Below are positions 12,052-21,989 of a DNA stretch of 64,000 nucleotides, in pieces. The translations under genes and the position numbers were made by a program. Origin of the DNA: Diplonema japonicum (lineage: Eukaryota; Protista; Euglenozoa: Diplonemea); assembly GCA_964019335.1 (NCBI GenBank), contig OZ025691.1, forward strand, positions 484,998-548,997, in the 5' to 3' direction. Under the pieces are notes generated by a model. It ran no database searches. It saw only the letters and a program-made list of their open reading frames with translations, and had not been told where the DNA came from. The stretch's first letter is position 1. Each line of letters begins with the position of its first letter.

Positions 12052-12532
12052 GCCGGGTAAGTAGTGCCGAGTGCCGCTATTGTGTCTTACTAAAAGAGAC
12101 GGCGAGGAGGAGGGGAGGAAAGAATGAAGATCCTGGAAACGAACCGCCATGCACGTGGCCGCTTCATGCCTTTGCGTTGTTCGCTCGAACGGACCATGCC
12201 AAGTGGCCCTCTGGCTGCTTTCGTCATCCACATACTTTGTTTCATTTGTTCGCCCCCCCATTTTTATTTCCCCCTGAACACTCCTGATTGTAAGCTGAGG
12301 TCCGTTGCTGTCTTTTTTTTTTTTTGTGTGTGGTACAATTAAAAACAGTGCGAAATACAAAATTTGGGCATTTCTTTTTAGATTAGGTCCCCTGCCGTAG
12401 CATGATTTTCTTTTTTGTTTTTTTTCGAAAAGCCACCAGGTTCTGAGTAGCTTCCGTACCCTCGGTCAAAACGGCGTCCTGTTGAATTCTGTTTTTCAAA
12501 GGGAAAAAAAAAAAAAGAACTTATGTTTCGCG

Positions 12533-14359
12533 ATGAGTAATGCAACCAGCAACGCTTATGATCAGCTCCATCTACATTGGTTCGACTATGCGAGTGCAGT
12601 GGTATGGTTCTCCTTTTTTTTAAGATCTTTTTTCCAGGTTGTGTTTATCTTAGCAGTGGGGATTACCGTGAAGTCGTGGAGGGGGCAAGAAAACAATGTG
12701 TACTCGTACTTCTTGGGGGGGCGGACGGCGCCATGGTGGGTTGTGGGGTTCTCCCTGTTCAGCTACGGAACGGGTGTAGAGTACGCGATGGGGATGACAA
12801 AAGCAGGGTACACAGACGGCATTGCTGCCGGCATCTTCATGTGGGGCTCGATACCACCTCTCCTTGGGCTGGCGTACTTCTTCCTTAAGGAGTACCGCGA
12901 GCTGGACATCATTACACTCCCCACGTTCCTCTTCAAACCTTTCGACGGCACAACGCGACTCATCTTCTCCATCTTCACGCTCCTCTTGTCTGTGATGCGG
13001 ATTGCCATCGCCCTGCACTCCTACAGCATCCTTCTCGAGGGCCTTCTGGGCTACAACACGACAGCCACAAAGCTTGTCATGATCATCGTGATCGAGGTCT
13101 ACGTGGTGACAGGTGGCCTCAAGGCTGTCATGCAAACAGAAGTCATGCAGTCTGTCCTTCTCATCGTCTTTTCCCTCGTCCTCTCCATCAAGATCATCCA
13201 CGATGTTGGCGGCATCGAGACATTGAAGAGCAACCTCAGCAGGAATCAGACAAGGCTCTTCCAATCCGCCAGCGACGACACCTATCCCTGGCCTGGTGTG
13301 GTATTCGGTTTCCCCATCGAGGCCATGGTGCTCTGGAGCTGCAACCAGGTCATCACGCAGAAGGCCCTCGCCGCAGAAGACGACTACCATGCCAAGATGG
13401 GGTGTATTTTCTGTTGCTTCCTCAACCTCCTACCACCCTTCCTGTTCGTCATCCCGGGCATGGCCCTCCAGGTCGATAGACCACACGTCAACCCAAGCGA
13501 TGCCTATGAGGTTCTCATCGAAGAGTACATGCCTTCAGGCACACGCGGTTTCCTTCTGGCTGCTCTCACGTGCTCGCTAGCTACGAGCATAGCATCCGTG
13601 CTCAGTGCGTGCACTGCCATACTCACTATCGATGTACTTGAGCACCTGAATCTTTTCCGCCATGCGAGGACAGCACTGCTGCAAGAGAATAAGAACCTTG
13701 CGGGACGGTTGGGGACCTTACTTGTGGCCCTTGCGGGGTTCTCGTGGTCTTACGCAGTGCCGTCCGTCGCCTCCAATCAGTGGGACTACATCCTCTCGAG
13801 TTCAATTTTTTCGGCAGCTGTGTTTGCGGCGTTCCTGTCCGCATATTTGTTCGGGGGGTGGTGGTCCATGAAGTCGGCAGCGGTGACAGGGATGCTTGCG
13901 CTTGGGCTGGTGATGGGGCTGTTAAGAATGGTGCTGGATGAGATGAAAATAAGTGGGCGCAGCCTTCCAGGTGGGGTCTCCTGGTACGTGGACGTGAACT
14001 TTTTCCTGCTGACGGCAGGGTTGTTCGTAGTCTACATGAGTGGGATGCTGCTGGCTACAAGGCTGATAGAGCACTTAGAGTGGAGCAGCAACATGGTGCA
14101 GCTGGAACCTGACGCAATGACTGAGATTGGGGACACGTTACCTGAGTCCGAGGCGGGAGAGCCCACAGAAGTGTGTAGCATCCTCACCGAGACCCACAGG
14201 AAGGGGGCCTACGACGACATCGAGGATGATTTCGAAGGCACCGTCGTAGCCTCTGAGATTTACGACGCGCAACGTGATAAATACCGGTTGTTCGCTACCA
14301 ATGCCATGGCTTGTCTTGCGCTCATCGCCTTTCTTATCATCCTCGCAGTCTGGTTTTAA
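12533..14359 (+). CDS. Sodium:solute symporter (SSF/SLC5 family), ~596 aa; in-frame intron 12602-12637
   Basis: YFLGGR..PWWVVGFSLF, VVTGGLKAVMQTEVMQ, PWPGV, NQVITQKALAA and P.GTRG motifs, with many TM helices. Confidence 0.9.
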   Translation: MSNATSNAYDQLHLHWFDYASAVVWFSFFLRSFFQVVFILAVGITVKSWRGQENNVYSYFLGGRTAPWWVVGFSLFSYGTGVEYAMGMTKAGYTDGIAAGIFMWGSIPPLLGLAYFFLKEYRELDIITLPTFLFKPFDGTTRLIFSIFTLLLSVMRIAIALHSYSILLEGLLGYNTTATKLVMIIVIEVYVVTGGLKAVMQTEVMQSVLLIVFSLVLSIKIIHDVGGIETLKSNLSRNQTRLFQSASDDTYPWPGVVFGFPIEAMVLWSCNQVITQKALAAEDDYHAKMGCIFCCFLNLLPPFLFVIPGMALQVDRPHVNPSDAYEVLIEEYMPSGTRGFLLAALTCSLATSIASVLSACTAILTIDVLEHLNLFRHARTALLQENKNLAGRLGTLLVALAGFSWSYAVPSVASNQWDYILSSSIFSAAVFAAFLSAYLFGGWWSMKSAAVTGMLALGLVMGLLRMVLDEMKISGRSLPGGVSWYVDVNFFLLTAGLFVVYMSGMLLATRLIEHLEWSSNMVQLEPDAMTEIGDTLPESEAGEPTEVCSILTETHRKGAYDDIEDDFEGTVVASEIYDAQRDKYRLFATNAMACLALIAFLIILAVWF

Positions 14360-15099
14360 TCCAGTCTTTTGCCTTTTTTTCCCTTCAAGTGTTTACCCTC
14401 ATATCTCTAAGTGTACTATAAACCTCACGTGATGAATGCATAAGACGTGCCCTTTTTGATCCTTGCAATGTGATTGATGGGTCGTAGCTAACCACTTTGT
14501 TTCCTTTCATAGTGGAATTTCTTTATAATATTGAAATACGAAAGCACAATAATTGTAAATGAATTGTTATTAGCGAATAAGGTCTCGAGGCTTAAGTCGA
14601 ACCTGAAAGAGCTTTTTGTTTTTTTTTGAGCGGGGTTGACACACCTTAGAGATATGAGGGGATGTTTTCTTTTTTGTTCTTTCGCTCTTTGTATAGTGCC
14701 TTTCCTTTAGGGGAATGAAAAAACGCCTCGCTGTGGAATATCGAAGGGGGTCAGTTCCCCCTTCTCCCTTTTTTTTCTTTCCGTTCTGTGGGCAAGACGA
14801 TCTCAACAAATGAGCAAGGCCACCAGGACACATGATGTCCCGAACTGAAATAGATGAAGGAAACAAGAGGGGTGGGAAAGGGTATTCTTTGTGGGCTGAA
14901 CTATGTCTTTTTTTGTTTTGTTTGTCTTCGTACGCTTTGTCAACGCCCCGCACCATTCCCCCCGATTTGTCTAGCTGGCGCTAGGCCACATATCTCTTGT
15001 TCAAATATGTTACTCAATCTACTCCTTTCCCTTTTGTGTTTGTTGCTTTGTTGTACTTGTTTCCGCCATTTCTATACCTTTCTACAAAGCCCTGCAAAG

Positions 15100-16506
15100 A
15101 TGGGGGTTCTGGAGGAGCATGGCGCCTATGAGGTGCAGTCGGAGGCGGTAGAAGAGTGCAGCCGAAGTGTTCATGTGATTGTGATAAGCAGGTACAGCAC
15201 GAAGAAGCAGCGGAAGCGTGGTGAGCGGAGACACCCTTACATCAGTGGCCTGCCAGAGCCCCTGCAGAAACACTTCAACCCCCGGAAGATGGACAGAGAT
15301 AGATTCGAAGAGCCTTACGATGAGCGTGCCGAAGGGTGGTTTGTGCAGCCAGAAGGGGAGTCTGTCAAGCGCGACCTGGATGCCGTATCTCTCCCTGTAG
15401 GCTATGGCAAATGCTATGTGCTGCCCCTCACCACATCCCCCAGCCGTAAGGACTACGAAGGCCTCACCACCCTCAGCAAGAAGTTCTACCGCAGAGTGTG
15501 TTCTTTCCTGCTCGACTTGAACGAGCGCACAATCTACCTCTCCTTCCTCGGTATTGGCATCGGCGGCTTGGTGTGCAAGGGCGCCTTGGGGATGCTCCGC
15601 AGGGAAACATCAGCAATGCGACTATCATTAATTGACCTGCGGCTGCAGTCCTTCGTGACTCTCAACACCCCGCACATGGGAATACGGAGGCCTCCAGAGC
15701 TCGGGAATCTTTGGAAATGGATCCGTCATTGGTGGGTGATGAGCAAGTATGGAATGGTGGGGAGGGAGCTACTATTGGAGGACCCCGACTTCGTGCTGAT
15801 GGAGATGGCGATGCACGACTTGGAGGTGGGGGAAGCCATGGAGTGCTTCAAGACAGTCGCATTTGCAACAACGAAGCACGACAGGTTCTGCCCAGTGGCG
15901 TCGGGGGCCTTGATGGCAGATCCCAAGATGACACCCCTTGGGCAGTATGTGCACCTTTGTGGGAGGACAGAGCACAGCACCGAAGGGATTGCACCGAGGC
16001 TACCTGACCTACGTGACGAGGTGCCAAAGGCAGGTGCACTTCCATGGATGGTGCAAGAAGAGGTACAGGGGGTTGTGTGTGAGTCTTTGTTTGGGCTTCC
16101 TGTTATATGTTGTTGCGCTTATCTTTTTGTAGCTTTTCAAAGCAGCTACTTTCGAGAGGTGCTGGGGTCTGACACGTTCATGTACGTTCAGCTGGTTATG
16201 TCGTTGGTGCTGCTTGCTGTCCTGTCTGCAATTGGGTATGCTTACGCATCAGGCATGGAAGCCCCCGAGGATAAATACGCGCATCTGGGCGATCCTCACG
16301 GCAAGAGCACTTACTTTAAAGTCGCAACAAGAATGCACAGAACGGCGCCGAATGACAGGCATGCTGAGTTGTGCGTCAACATTGTTAAAGAGGTTCTGAA
16401 CGCAAGATACTTTAGCGAAGCCATCCGTGTGCTTCTGGGACCGTCCCTCAGCGAGGAGCGGGCTGTGCTTCGGGCTGCTCGCTTGCTAGATCTTAAGACT
16501 GAATAA
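15100..16506 (+). CDS. DUF676/serine-esterase-like alpha/beta-hydrolase-fold protein lacking the nucleophile Ser, with two TM segments
   Basis: LSFLGIGIGGLVCKGAL...FVTLNTPHMGIR aligns by eye with the DUF676 pattern ISFVGHSLGGL...FITLATPHLG. The ATG at 15100 follows a pyrimidine tract, so the ORF extension to 14854 is probably UTR. Confidence 0.6.
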   Translation: MGVLEEHGAYEVQSEAVEECSRSVHVIVISRYSTKKQRKRGERRHPYISGLPEPLQKHFNPRKMDRDRFEEPYDERAEGWFVQPEGESVKRDLDAVSLPVGYGKCYVLPLTTSPSRKDYEGLTTLSKKFYRRVCSFLLDLNERTIYLSFLGIGIGGLVCKGALGMLRRETSAMRLSLIDLRLQSFVTLNTPHMGIRRPPELGNLWKWIRHWWVMSKYGMVGRELLLEDPDFVLMEMAMHDLEVGEAMECFKTVAFATTKHDRFCPVASGALMADPKMTPLGQYVHLCGRTEHSTEGIAPRLPDLRDEVPKAGALPWMVQEEVQGVVCESLFGLPVICCCAYLFVAFQSSYFREVLGSDTFMYVQLVMSLVLLAVLSAIGYAYASGMEAPEDKYAHLGDPHGKSTYFKVATRMHRTAPNDRHAELCVNIVKEVLNARYFSEAIRVLLGPSLSEERAVLRAARLLDLKTE

Positions 16507-16569
16507 GTCACTTTACACGTACCACTTTCTTCATTGCTGTCTTCCTATGTACTTAGGGCGTTACACAAG

Positions 16570-16865
16570 ATGGGCGTGCAACAGTCTCACACACAAGAAC
16601 CGCCCCACCTGACACTGAAGTCCTTCATGGTACGCAATTCGCACCCCTCACACACCTCAGGAGTTGCGGCACGTGATCAAGCATCACGGTGGATATTGCA
16701 AATCGGGCAACACGAACGACGAAATCCTTAATCAGTCTTGTCTCATGCACAAAGGACATAAGTATGACCCACCTCGTACAGCACACGGACGTGACACGTA
16801 GGTCTTCGTGCATCGCTGACGACGCTTGCTATTGGTGGAAGGCTCCACACCCTGAGCAGATTTAG
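16570..16865 (+). CDS. 74-aa Cys/His-rich microprotein, 3 exons; introns 16630-16660 and 16762-16801
   Basis: Spliced product MGVQQSHTQEPPHLTLKSFM|ELRHVIKHHGGYCKSGNTNDEILNQSCLMHKGHK|SSCIADDACYWWKAPHPEQI*. The introns are 31 and 40 nt (GTACG and GTATG donors) and the gene fills the gap between neighbours. Confidence 0.5.
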
Positions 16866-16957
16866 ATTAGGAGATTACACTGTGTGTGATGTGTTATTGT
16901 GTGATCTTGTCTGTGCTGACAAGATTCATCCACAGGAATGAGGCATAAAAAGAAAAC

Positions 16958-17953
16958 ATGAAAGTCTATGACTATGAGCAGCTGTACAAGGAAGAGAGGG
17001 AATCACATATGGTGACCGAGAACCTGTACGCTCGTGCTTTGCGGGAGCTGGAGGAGCTGAAACGGCAGACAGAGACGTCCTTTTACCAACACGACAACAA
17101 TGATGGCAAGTATGAGGGACTGCTGGCAGAGCTGGAGACTGTCCACAAGGCACGTGACGAGCTGGAGGACAAGGTAGTTGATACACAAAGAGCACTGAAG
17201 GAATGTGAAAATGACGTGAGTGAAATGCATGCAAAGTTTGCAGAAGCAGTAGTAACAGCAACACAACAAGCGTCACGGTGCGATGTTGCAGAGCGAGCGG
17301 TCAACAGGATGGAAGCTGTCGTCAGCCAGCTGGAAGCAGATAATAGCAAGCTACGGAACAGCAAAAATGAAGAATTAGATCAATACAAAGAAGACCTTCG
17401 GGAGGTGCAGGCAGAGGTCGTGCTGCTGACGAGCAGGCTGCGTGAGTCGGAGACATCAAGGGTGCAACAAAGTGCGTGTATTTCGGAGCTTACGAAGAAC
17501 GAGCTCCTCATAGATGCTGCGAAACGGAAGTGTGAGCAAGACTTGGCTGCCGCTTCAAAGGAAGTAGAAAAGCTGAGGACCGCAAGCCCGCAGCGTGTGT
17601 TGGCCAATACCGATTTACAGCTCTACGAGGCAATAGACCATAGCTATTCGCAGATGAAGACGGCAGTGCGAATGTGCTTAGACATGGTGACGTCTCTGGA
17701 ACAACAGTCTGCACTCACAAGCAGCAAGCTCGAGGCTCTAACAGTGTGTGTGTTCGACATGAGTAGACAAGACAGGCAGCTAGCACAGGTTGTACAAAAC
17801 ATGTCTGCTACGAGCTATGCTGCCAACCGTAGCACAGCTGAGGTCAAAGAGCTCCAACTCGAAAACGACAGACTAAGCAAGCTCATTGAGCAAGCAGCGT
17901 CACAGATGCTCAGCTTCAACGAGGCTGTGTCACTAGCGGAAGCAAGGTTATGA
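16958..17953 (+). CDS. Coiled-coil protein, 331 aa
   Basis: Uninterrupted ORF rich in E/K/L/Q heptads; no recognisable domain. Confidence 0.75.
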   Translation: MKVYDYEQLYKEERESHMVTENLYARALRELEELKRQTETSFYQHDNNDGKYEGLLAELETVHKARDELEDKVVDTQRALKECENDVSEMHAKFAEAVVTATQQASRCDVAERAVNRMEAVVSQLEADNSKLRNSKNEELDQYKEDLREVQAEVVLLTSRLRESETSRVQQSACISELTKNELLIDAAKRKCEQDLAAASKEVEKLRTASPQRVLANTDLQLYEAIDHSYSQMKTAVRMCLDMVTSLEQQSALTSSKLEALTVCVFDMSRQDRQLAQVVQNMSATSYAANRSTAEVKELQLENDRLSKLIEQAASQMLSFNEAVSLAEARL

Positions 17954-18022
17954 TAGATTATTAGATTTATATTTCACTGTCTTCCGTGTACATTTTCATT
18001 TTTTCATAACAGCAGGAGCGGG

Positions 18023-20419
18023 ATGTTAGGTGATGGTCCTCACATCAGGACACCGCTGCTGACAGCAAGGCAGGGGTATGGAGGAGGGATATATGACAAG
18101 CGCGATAAAGAGCAGTCATCAGCAGTCAGCACGCCGCCCAGCGTAGCTCTGAGCACGTTAACACCTATGATGTGGGTGCCACCAGGGTTTGACAGGAGCG
18201 TGCAGCACTTTACCCTGGAACCGACACCTTCGCCAGCGAAGAACGTGAATATTGCACTCATTTTATCCTCAATTCTAACAGGACTTGTGACAGTGCTGGA
18301 CAACACTCCCTACGGTCTTGTTCTTTTCCCGCTCGTCTGCCGTGACGCGTATAGTTCAGTGGGCGTCAGTATGGTTCTTGGTGCTGCTGCTATCTCACAA
18401 CTGACAATGACATTCACAAGTAAGTTCCCCTGCGCAGTAGGGTGTATGGTTGTCGAGAACCTGCCATTTCTGACGATGATGGGAAGAGAGGTAACTGCTA
18501 TCTTGCAAGCGCGAAGCGAAGAGTCAAAAATAGTTCCCACGCTCATCGTGTTGTGGGCCTTAAGTACTTTGCTGTCTGGAATGGCTATGGGACTCCTCGG
18601 TGCAACTCATGCTGGGCGGTTCACAGCATACTTCCCCAAGCACGTGTTGTTGGGGTACGTAGGTGGCATGGGTGTCTTCATCTTCCTTTCCGGAATCGAA
18701 ATCACTACAAACAGGACATGGACGTGGACCTCTGCCGCCCTCAGCTCACAAGTCGAAGGTCAGTGCGGCTACAGACTTATGCTCACTTTTTTGATGAGCT
18801 TTTTAGTGCCTGTCGTCAAGATGTTCTCCTCTGGGTCGCCAGTTGCTCTTCCTTGCTACTTCCTTTCAATTCCTTTCGTCTTCTGGTTCTGTATCTACCT
18901 CTTTGGCTTTACAGCTGATGAAGCGCGTGCCAACGAATGGGTTATTTCTGTTGGAGCGAATTCCGGTATTCCTGGCTTGCTCCCGTGGACCCTCGTTGAG
19001 CCTTCACTTATTGCTTGGGATGTGCTTCCCACGCAGATGCTCACTGTCGCGGGTCTCGTGCTTTTCACAGCCCTGCACGTGCCTGTAAATGCCCCCGCCC
19101 TAGGACTCACATTGGGAGTGAGCACTGATATTGACGTTGAGTTCAGGTCGCATGGCATAGCAAACATGTTGACAGGTGCCTTTGGTGGGCTGCAGTCGTA
19201 CATGGTGTACTCCACGTCGGCTTTGTACCACAAGTGCGGTGGCGGCGGTATCATTGGCGGTTTCATTATTGCTGGCATAACGGTGTTTTTCGCAGCTGGT
19301 GGGAACTCGGTGCTGAGTCTCCTCCCGCGCCCCCTTGCCGGTGTGGTACTGATCCACCTTGGCTTCGACCTCATCTACGAAGTCTTCATCGACAGCCTGA
19401 GCTCCATCACCGTCATGGAGTACCTCCAGGTCGTCACTGTCGTCGTCTCAATGGAAGTCTTTGGTTTCATGCAGGGCCTCGGCATCGGGCTCCTCATGGC
19501 GTGCTCCGCCTTCATTATTGCCTTCGCATCTGAAGACCCTATTGACGTGTCGTCCGCAGGCGGCGGCATGCGCAGCAAGATGATGCGCCCGTTGAAGATT
19601 AGAAAGAAGCTGGACAAGCTGCTGGAACGTCACGCGTGGATCCTCAGAGTGCGGGGTGGGTCGCTCTTTTTCGGGAACTCTGTCCGGTTGCTGGAGCACA
19701 CTGAGACACTTCTGGAGATAAGGACAGACTTGAAGTTCCTTGTGGTGCACTTTACTTCTCTGCACGGGGCGGACTGCACTGCTGTGTCTGCGTTAGCAGA
19801 GATCGTGACGTGCTGCAAGCGGAAGAACGTGATTGCTGTGTTTGCGGAGCTGCCGGACGACATCATTGCGCGTGTCCAGCATGCATTGGAATCGGGACAG
19901 GGCAACATATACACATGCAAGTGCATCAACGACGCCTTTGCGTGGGTGGAGGACAAGCTACTGACAAGCATTAAGCCACCGCCTCCTCTTGTGGCAAATA
20001 GGCTCTTTTCGATCCTTAGGCCGCTGGTGCCAGACGCGGGTGACGATGAAATTTCGCTGCTGTGCAAGTATTTCACCCGAGAGACGCATGAAGCGCATAC
20101 TGTGCTGTGGAAGAAGGGCGACGATCCTTCGAGAGCACTGGTCGTGGAGACCGGGCTCTTGGGGGTGAACTGTGATGAGGCATTCGGTTTGTACTCCGAG
20201 TTTTGCAAACCGGGCACTATTTGCGGGGAGCTGGGCCTTGTGACCGGAGAGTCGCGACAGCACGATCTTGTTGCAATTGAAGACTCTGTCGTGTGGAGCT
20301 TCGGGAAGGTCGGTCTCAAGGACCCAATGGTCCGTAGCCTGTTCCAGCAAGTGGCTCTCACAATGGCCTCGCATAGATTGCATCACCTCACGTTGCTGGG
20401 GCATATCCACTCAGTGTAG
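18023..20419 (+). CDS. SulP/SLC26-family transporter with STAS and cyclic-nucleotide-binding domains (yeast Vsb1-like architecture), 798 aa
   Basis: ENLPF, FPKHVLLG..GGMGVF, HVPVNAPAL and EFRSHGIAN motifs; STAS-like GSLFFGNS; C-terminal LWKKGD...GTICGELGL cNMP-binding domain. Confidence 0.88.
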   Translation: MLGDGPHIRTPLLTARQGYGGGIYDKRDKEQSSAVSTPPSVALSTLTPMMWVPPGFDRSVQHFTLEPTPSPAKNVNIALILSSILTGLVTVLDNTPYGLVLFPLVCRDAYSSVGVSMVLGAAAISQLTMTFTSKFPCAVGCMVVENLPFLTMMGREVTAILQARSEESKIVPTLIVLWALSTLLSGMAMGLLGATHAGRFTAYFPKHVLLGYVGGMGVFIFLSGIEITTNRTWTWTSAALSSQVEGQCGYRLMLTFLMSFLVPVVKMFSSGSPVALPCYFLSIPFVFWFCIYLFGFTADEARANEWVISVGANSGIPGLLPWTLVEPSLIAWDVLPTQMLTVAGLVLFTALHVPVNAPALGLTLGVSTDIDVEFRSHGIANMLTGAFGGLQSYMVYSTSALYHKCGGGGIIGGFIIAGITVFFAAGGNSVLSLLPRPLAGVVLIHLGFDLIYEVFIDSLSSITVMEYLQVVTVVVSMEVFGFMQGLGIGLLMACSAFIIAFASEDPIDVSSAGGGMRSKMMRPLKIRKKLDKLLERHAWILRVRGGSLFFGNSVRLLEHTETLLEIRTDLKFLVVHFTSLHGADCTAVSALAEIVTCCKRKNVIAVFAELPDDIIARVQHALESGQGNIYTCKCINDAFAWVEDKLLTSIKPPPPLVANRLFSILRPLVPDAGDDEISLLCKYFTRETHEAHTVLWKKGDDPSRALVVETGLLGVNCDEAFGLYSEFCKPGTICGELGLVTGESRQHDLVAIEDSVVWSFGKVGLKDPMVRSLFQQVALTMASHRLHHLTLLGHIHSV

Positions 20420-21009
20420 ACCTTCAAAAGATTCGCTCCGCCACCCATCTATCATACACTACGAGGACTCTGCATCCAAAGTGTAATTGTGCTGTGTTGA
20501 TATTCCTTATTTTCTTTTTTTGTCCCTCCCCCACCTCCCATTCTTCAGCGGAACGCTAGGACAGTAGTGTACTCATTGCTCCACAGGCGAAACAGTACCC
20601 ACGCGCCACGACCGGTCACAGATCAAGAGAAGGAGGGGGGGGGGGGACTATAAAATGCAACGAAACCGATTTTTGGGACACAAATAAGATTTGCTTTCCA
20701 CCTTCCGTCAGAGTTAAGTGACTTATTTGTCATATACCAAAACGTGCCCTTTTTGTTGCATTTGAACTTTTTTAGACATCAAATATTATAACCGCTTTTC
20801 TGTTCTCATATTTCCCTTCCTCCCCTGCCATGCTCCGTAATGGAAACGACAAATGCTCCCACTATTCTTTAGAAAGAAAGCGAACTGACAATAAAAGAAG
20901 CTGCCTGTATGACCGGTCCTTGAAAGAGTACCCCCTTTTTCTCCCCTGTTTATCTTTTTTTCATTCTTTTACCCTTTTTATTGCCACATGCAACTCAGTG
21001 TTCCTACAA

Positions 21010-21940
21010 ATGATAACGGTGGTAGGCACTTCTTGTGTAGATTACATATCTACCTTCGGAGAATACCCGCAGCCTGACACGAAGAATATAGCACGCAGCA
21101 CTGCTGTGAGCGTAGGAGGGAATGCAGCGAACGTTGCGAGGGGGCTCTCCATCATGGGGAACGCTGTGAACCTTGTGACACCGCTGTACAGTGATCCTCA
21201 TGCTGAGATGGTGAAGAGTGGCCTTGAGGAGAAGGGAGTCAATTTGCAGTACTCCTGTCAGCTGCACGGGAACACTGCCATGTCTTACATAGTGCTCGAC
21301 GCAAGCGATGCCACACGCACAATGTATGTTTTGTTTTCATTTGTCATGAAACCTACACAGATTTCACACACCCGCCACGGTATCCTTTACACATTGTACC
21401 TTGCCGCCGCTAACGCCTGTTCTCGTGCTCGACGGTAGGCATGCTGTGGTCGCCAATGCAATAGCACGCAACTTCTGCACCCAAGCACCCTCAACTGTCA
21501 TTTTGCTGGACTGCGAACGGCACGACCGAGAGGGTGTGGAGAACCTGCTGTGTCTCGCTACGCACGTGATCTGCACAGCATCCTTCCTCAAAGGAAAGTA
21601 TCCTAAAGAGGAGTGTGGCCTGTCTTCCTTCACTTCCTCCGTGCAGGACAACGTGCATGTCGTGATCCTAACACAGGGCTCGGAAGGCTGCGTCCTGTGC
21701 ATCAGAAACGGGTCCACATGGAGTACAGAACACTTCCCTGCGGCGCCTCTCAAGGAAGGCCAAAGAATAGAAGACACGACAGGTGCTGGGGACGCCTTCC
21801 TAGCGGGTTTAGCACACGCTCTTCTTAGGGGCCACAGTATTACGAAAGCAATATCCGTCGCCAGCAAGACAGCGCTGATAGCTTGCCTTGCGATTGGCAC
21901 AGCAAACTACCCCACTCCTCAGGAGCTAGAAACGTTTTGA
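21010..21940 (+). CDS. PfkB/ribokinase-family carbohydrate kinase, ~297 aa; intron 21324-21360
   Basis: GGNAANVARGL, LDGRH, LTQGSEG and DTTGAGDAF motifs. A 37-nt intron joins the two ORF-track pieces. Confidence 0.9.
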
Positions 21941-21989
21941 AATTATTTATTCTTGGTCCTTCGAACTCTCCACTTAGACACATCAGGAA

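Noticed and set aside
14445-20755. Identical 14-mer ACGTGCCCTTTTTG in two spacers downstream of transporter genes (14445-14458 and 20742-20755)
   Set aside because: Only two copies and partly a T run. A match of this length can occur by chance in 64 kb, so it needs a genome-wide enrichment test.
12482-21009. N-terminal ORF extensions at 12482, 14854 and 20830
   Set aside because: They translate poly(A) or pyrimidine tracts that look like UTR or trans-splice signals, so downstream ATGs were used as starts.
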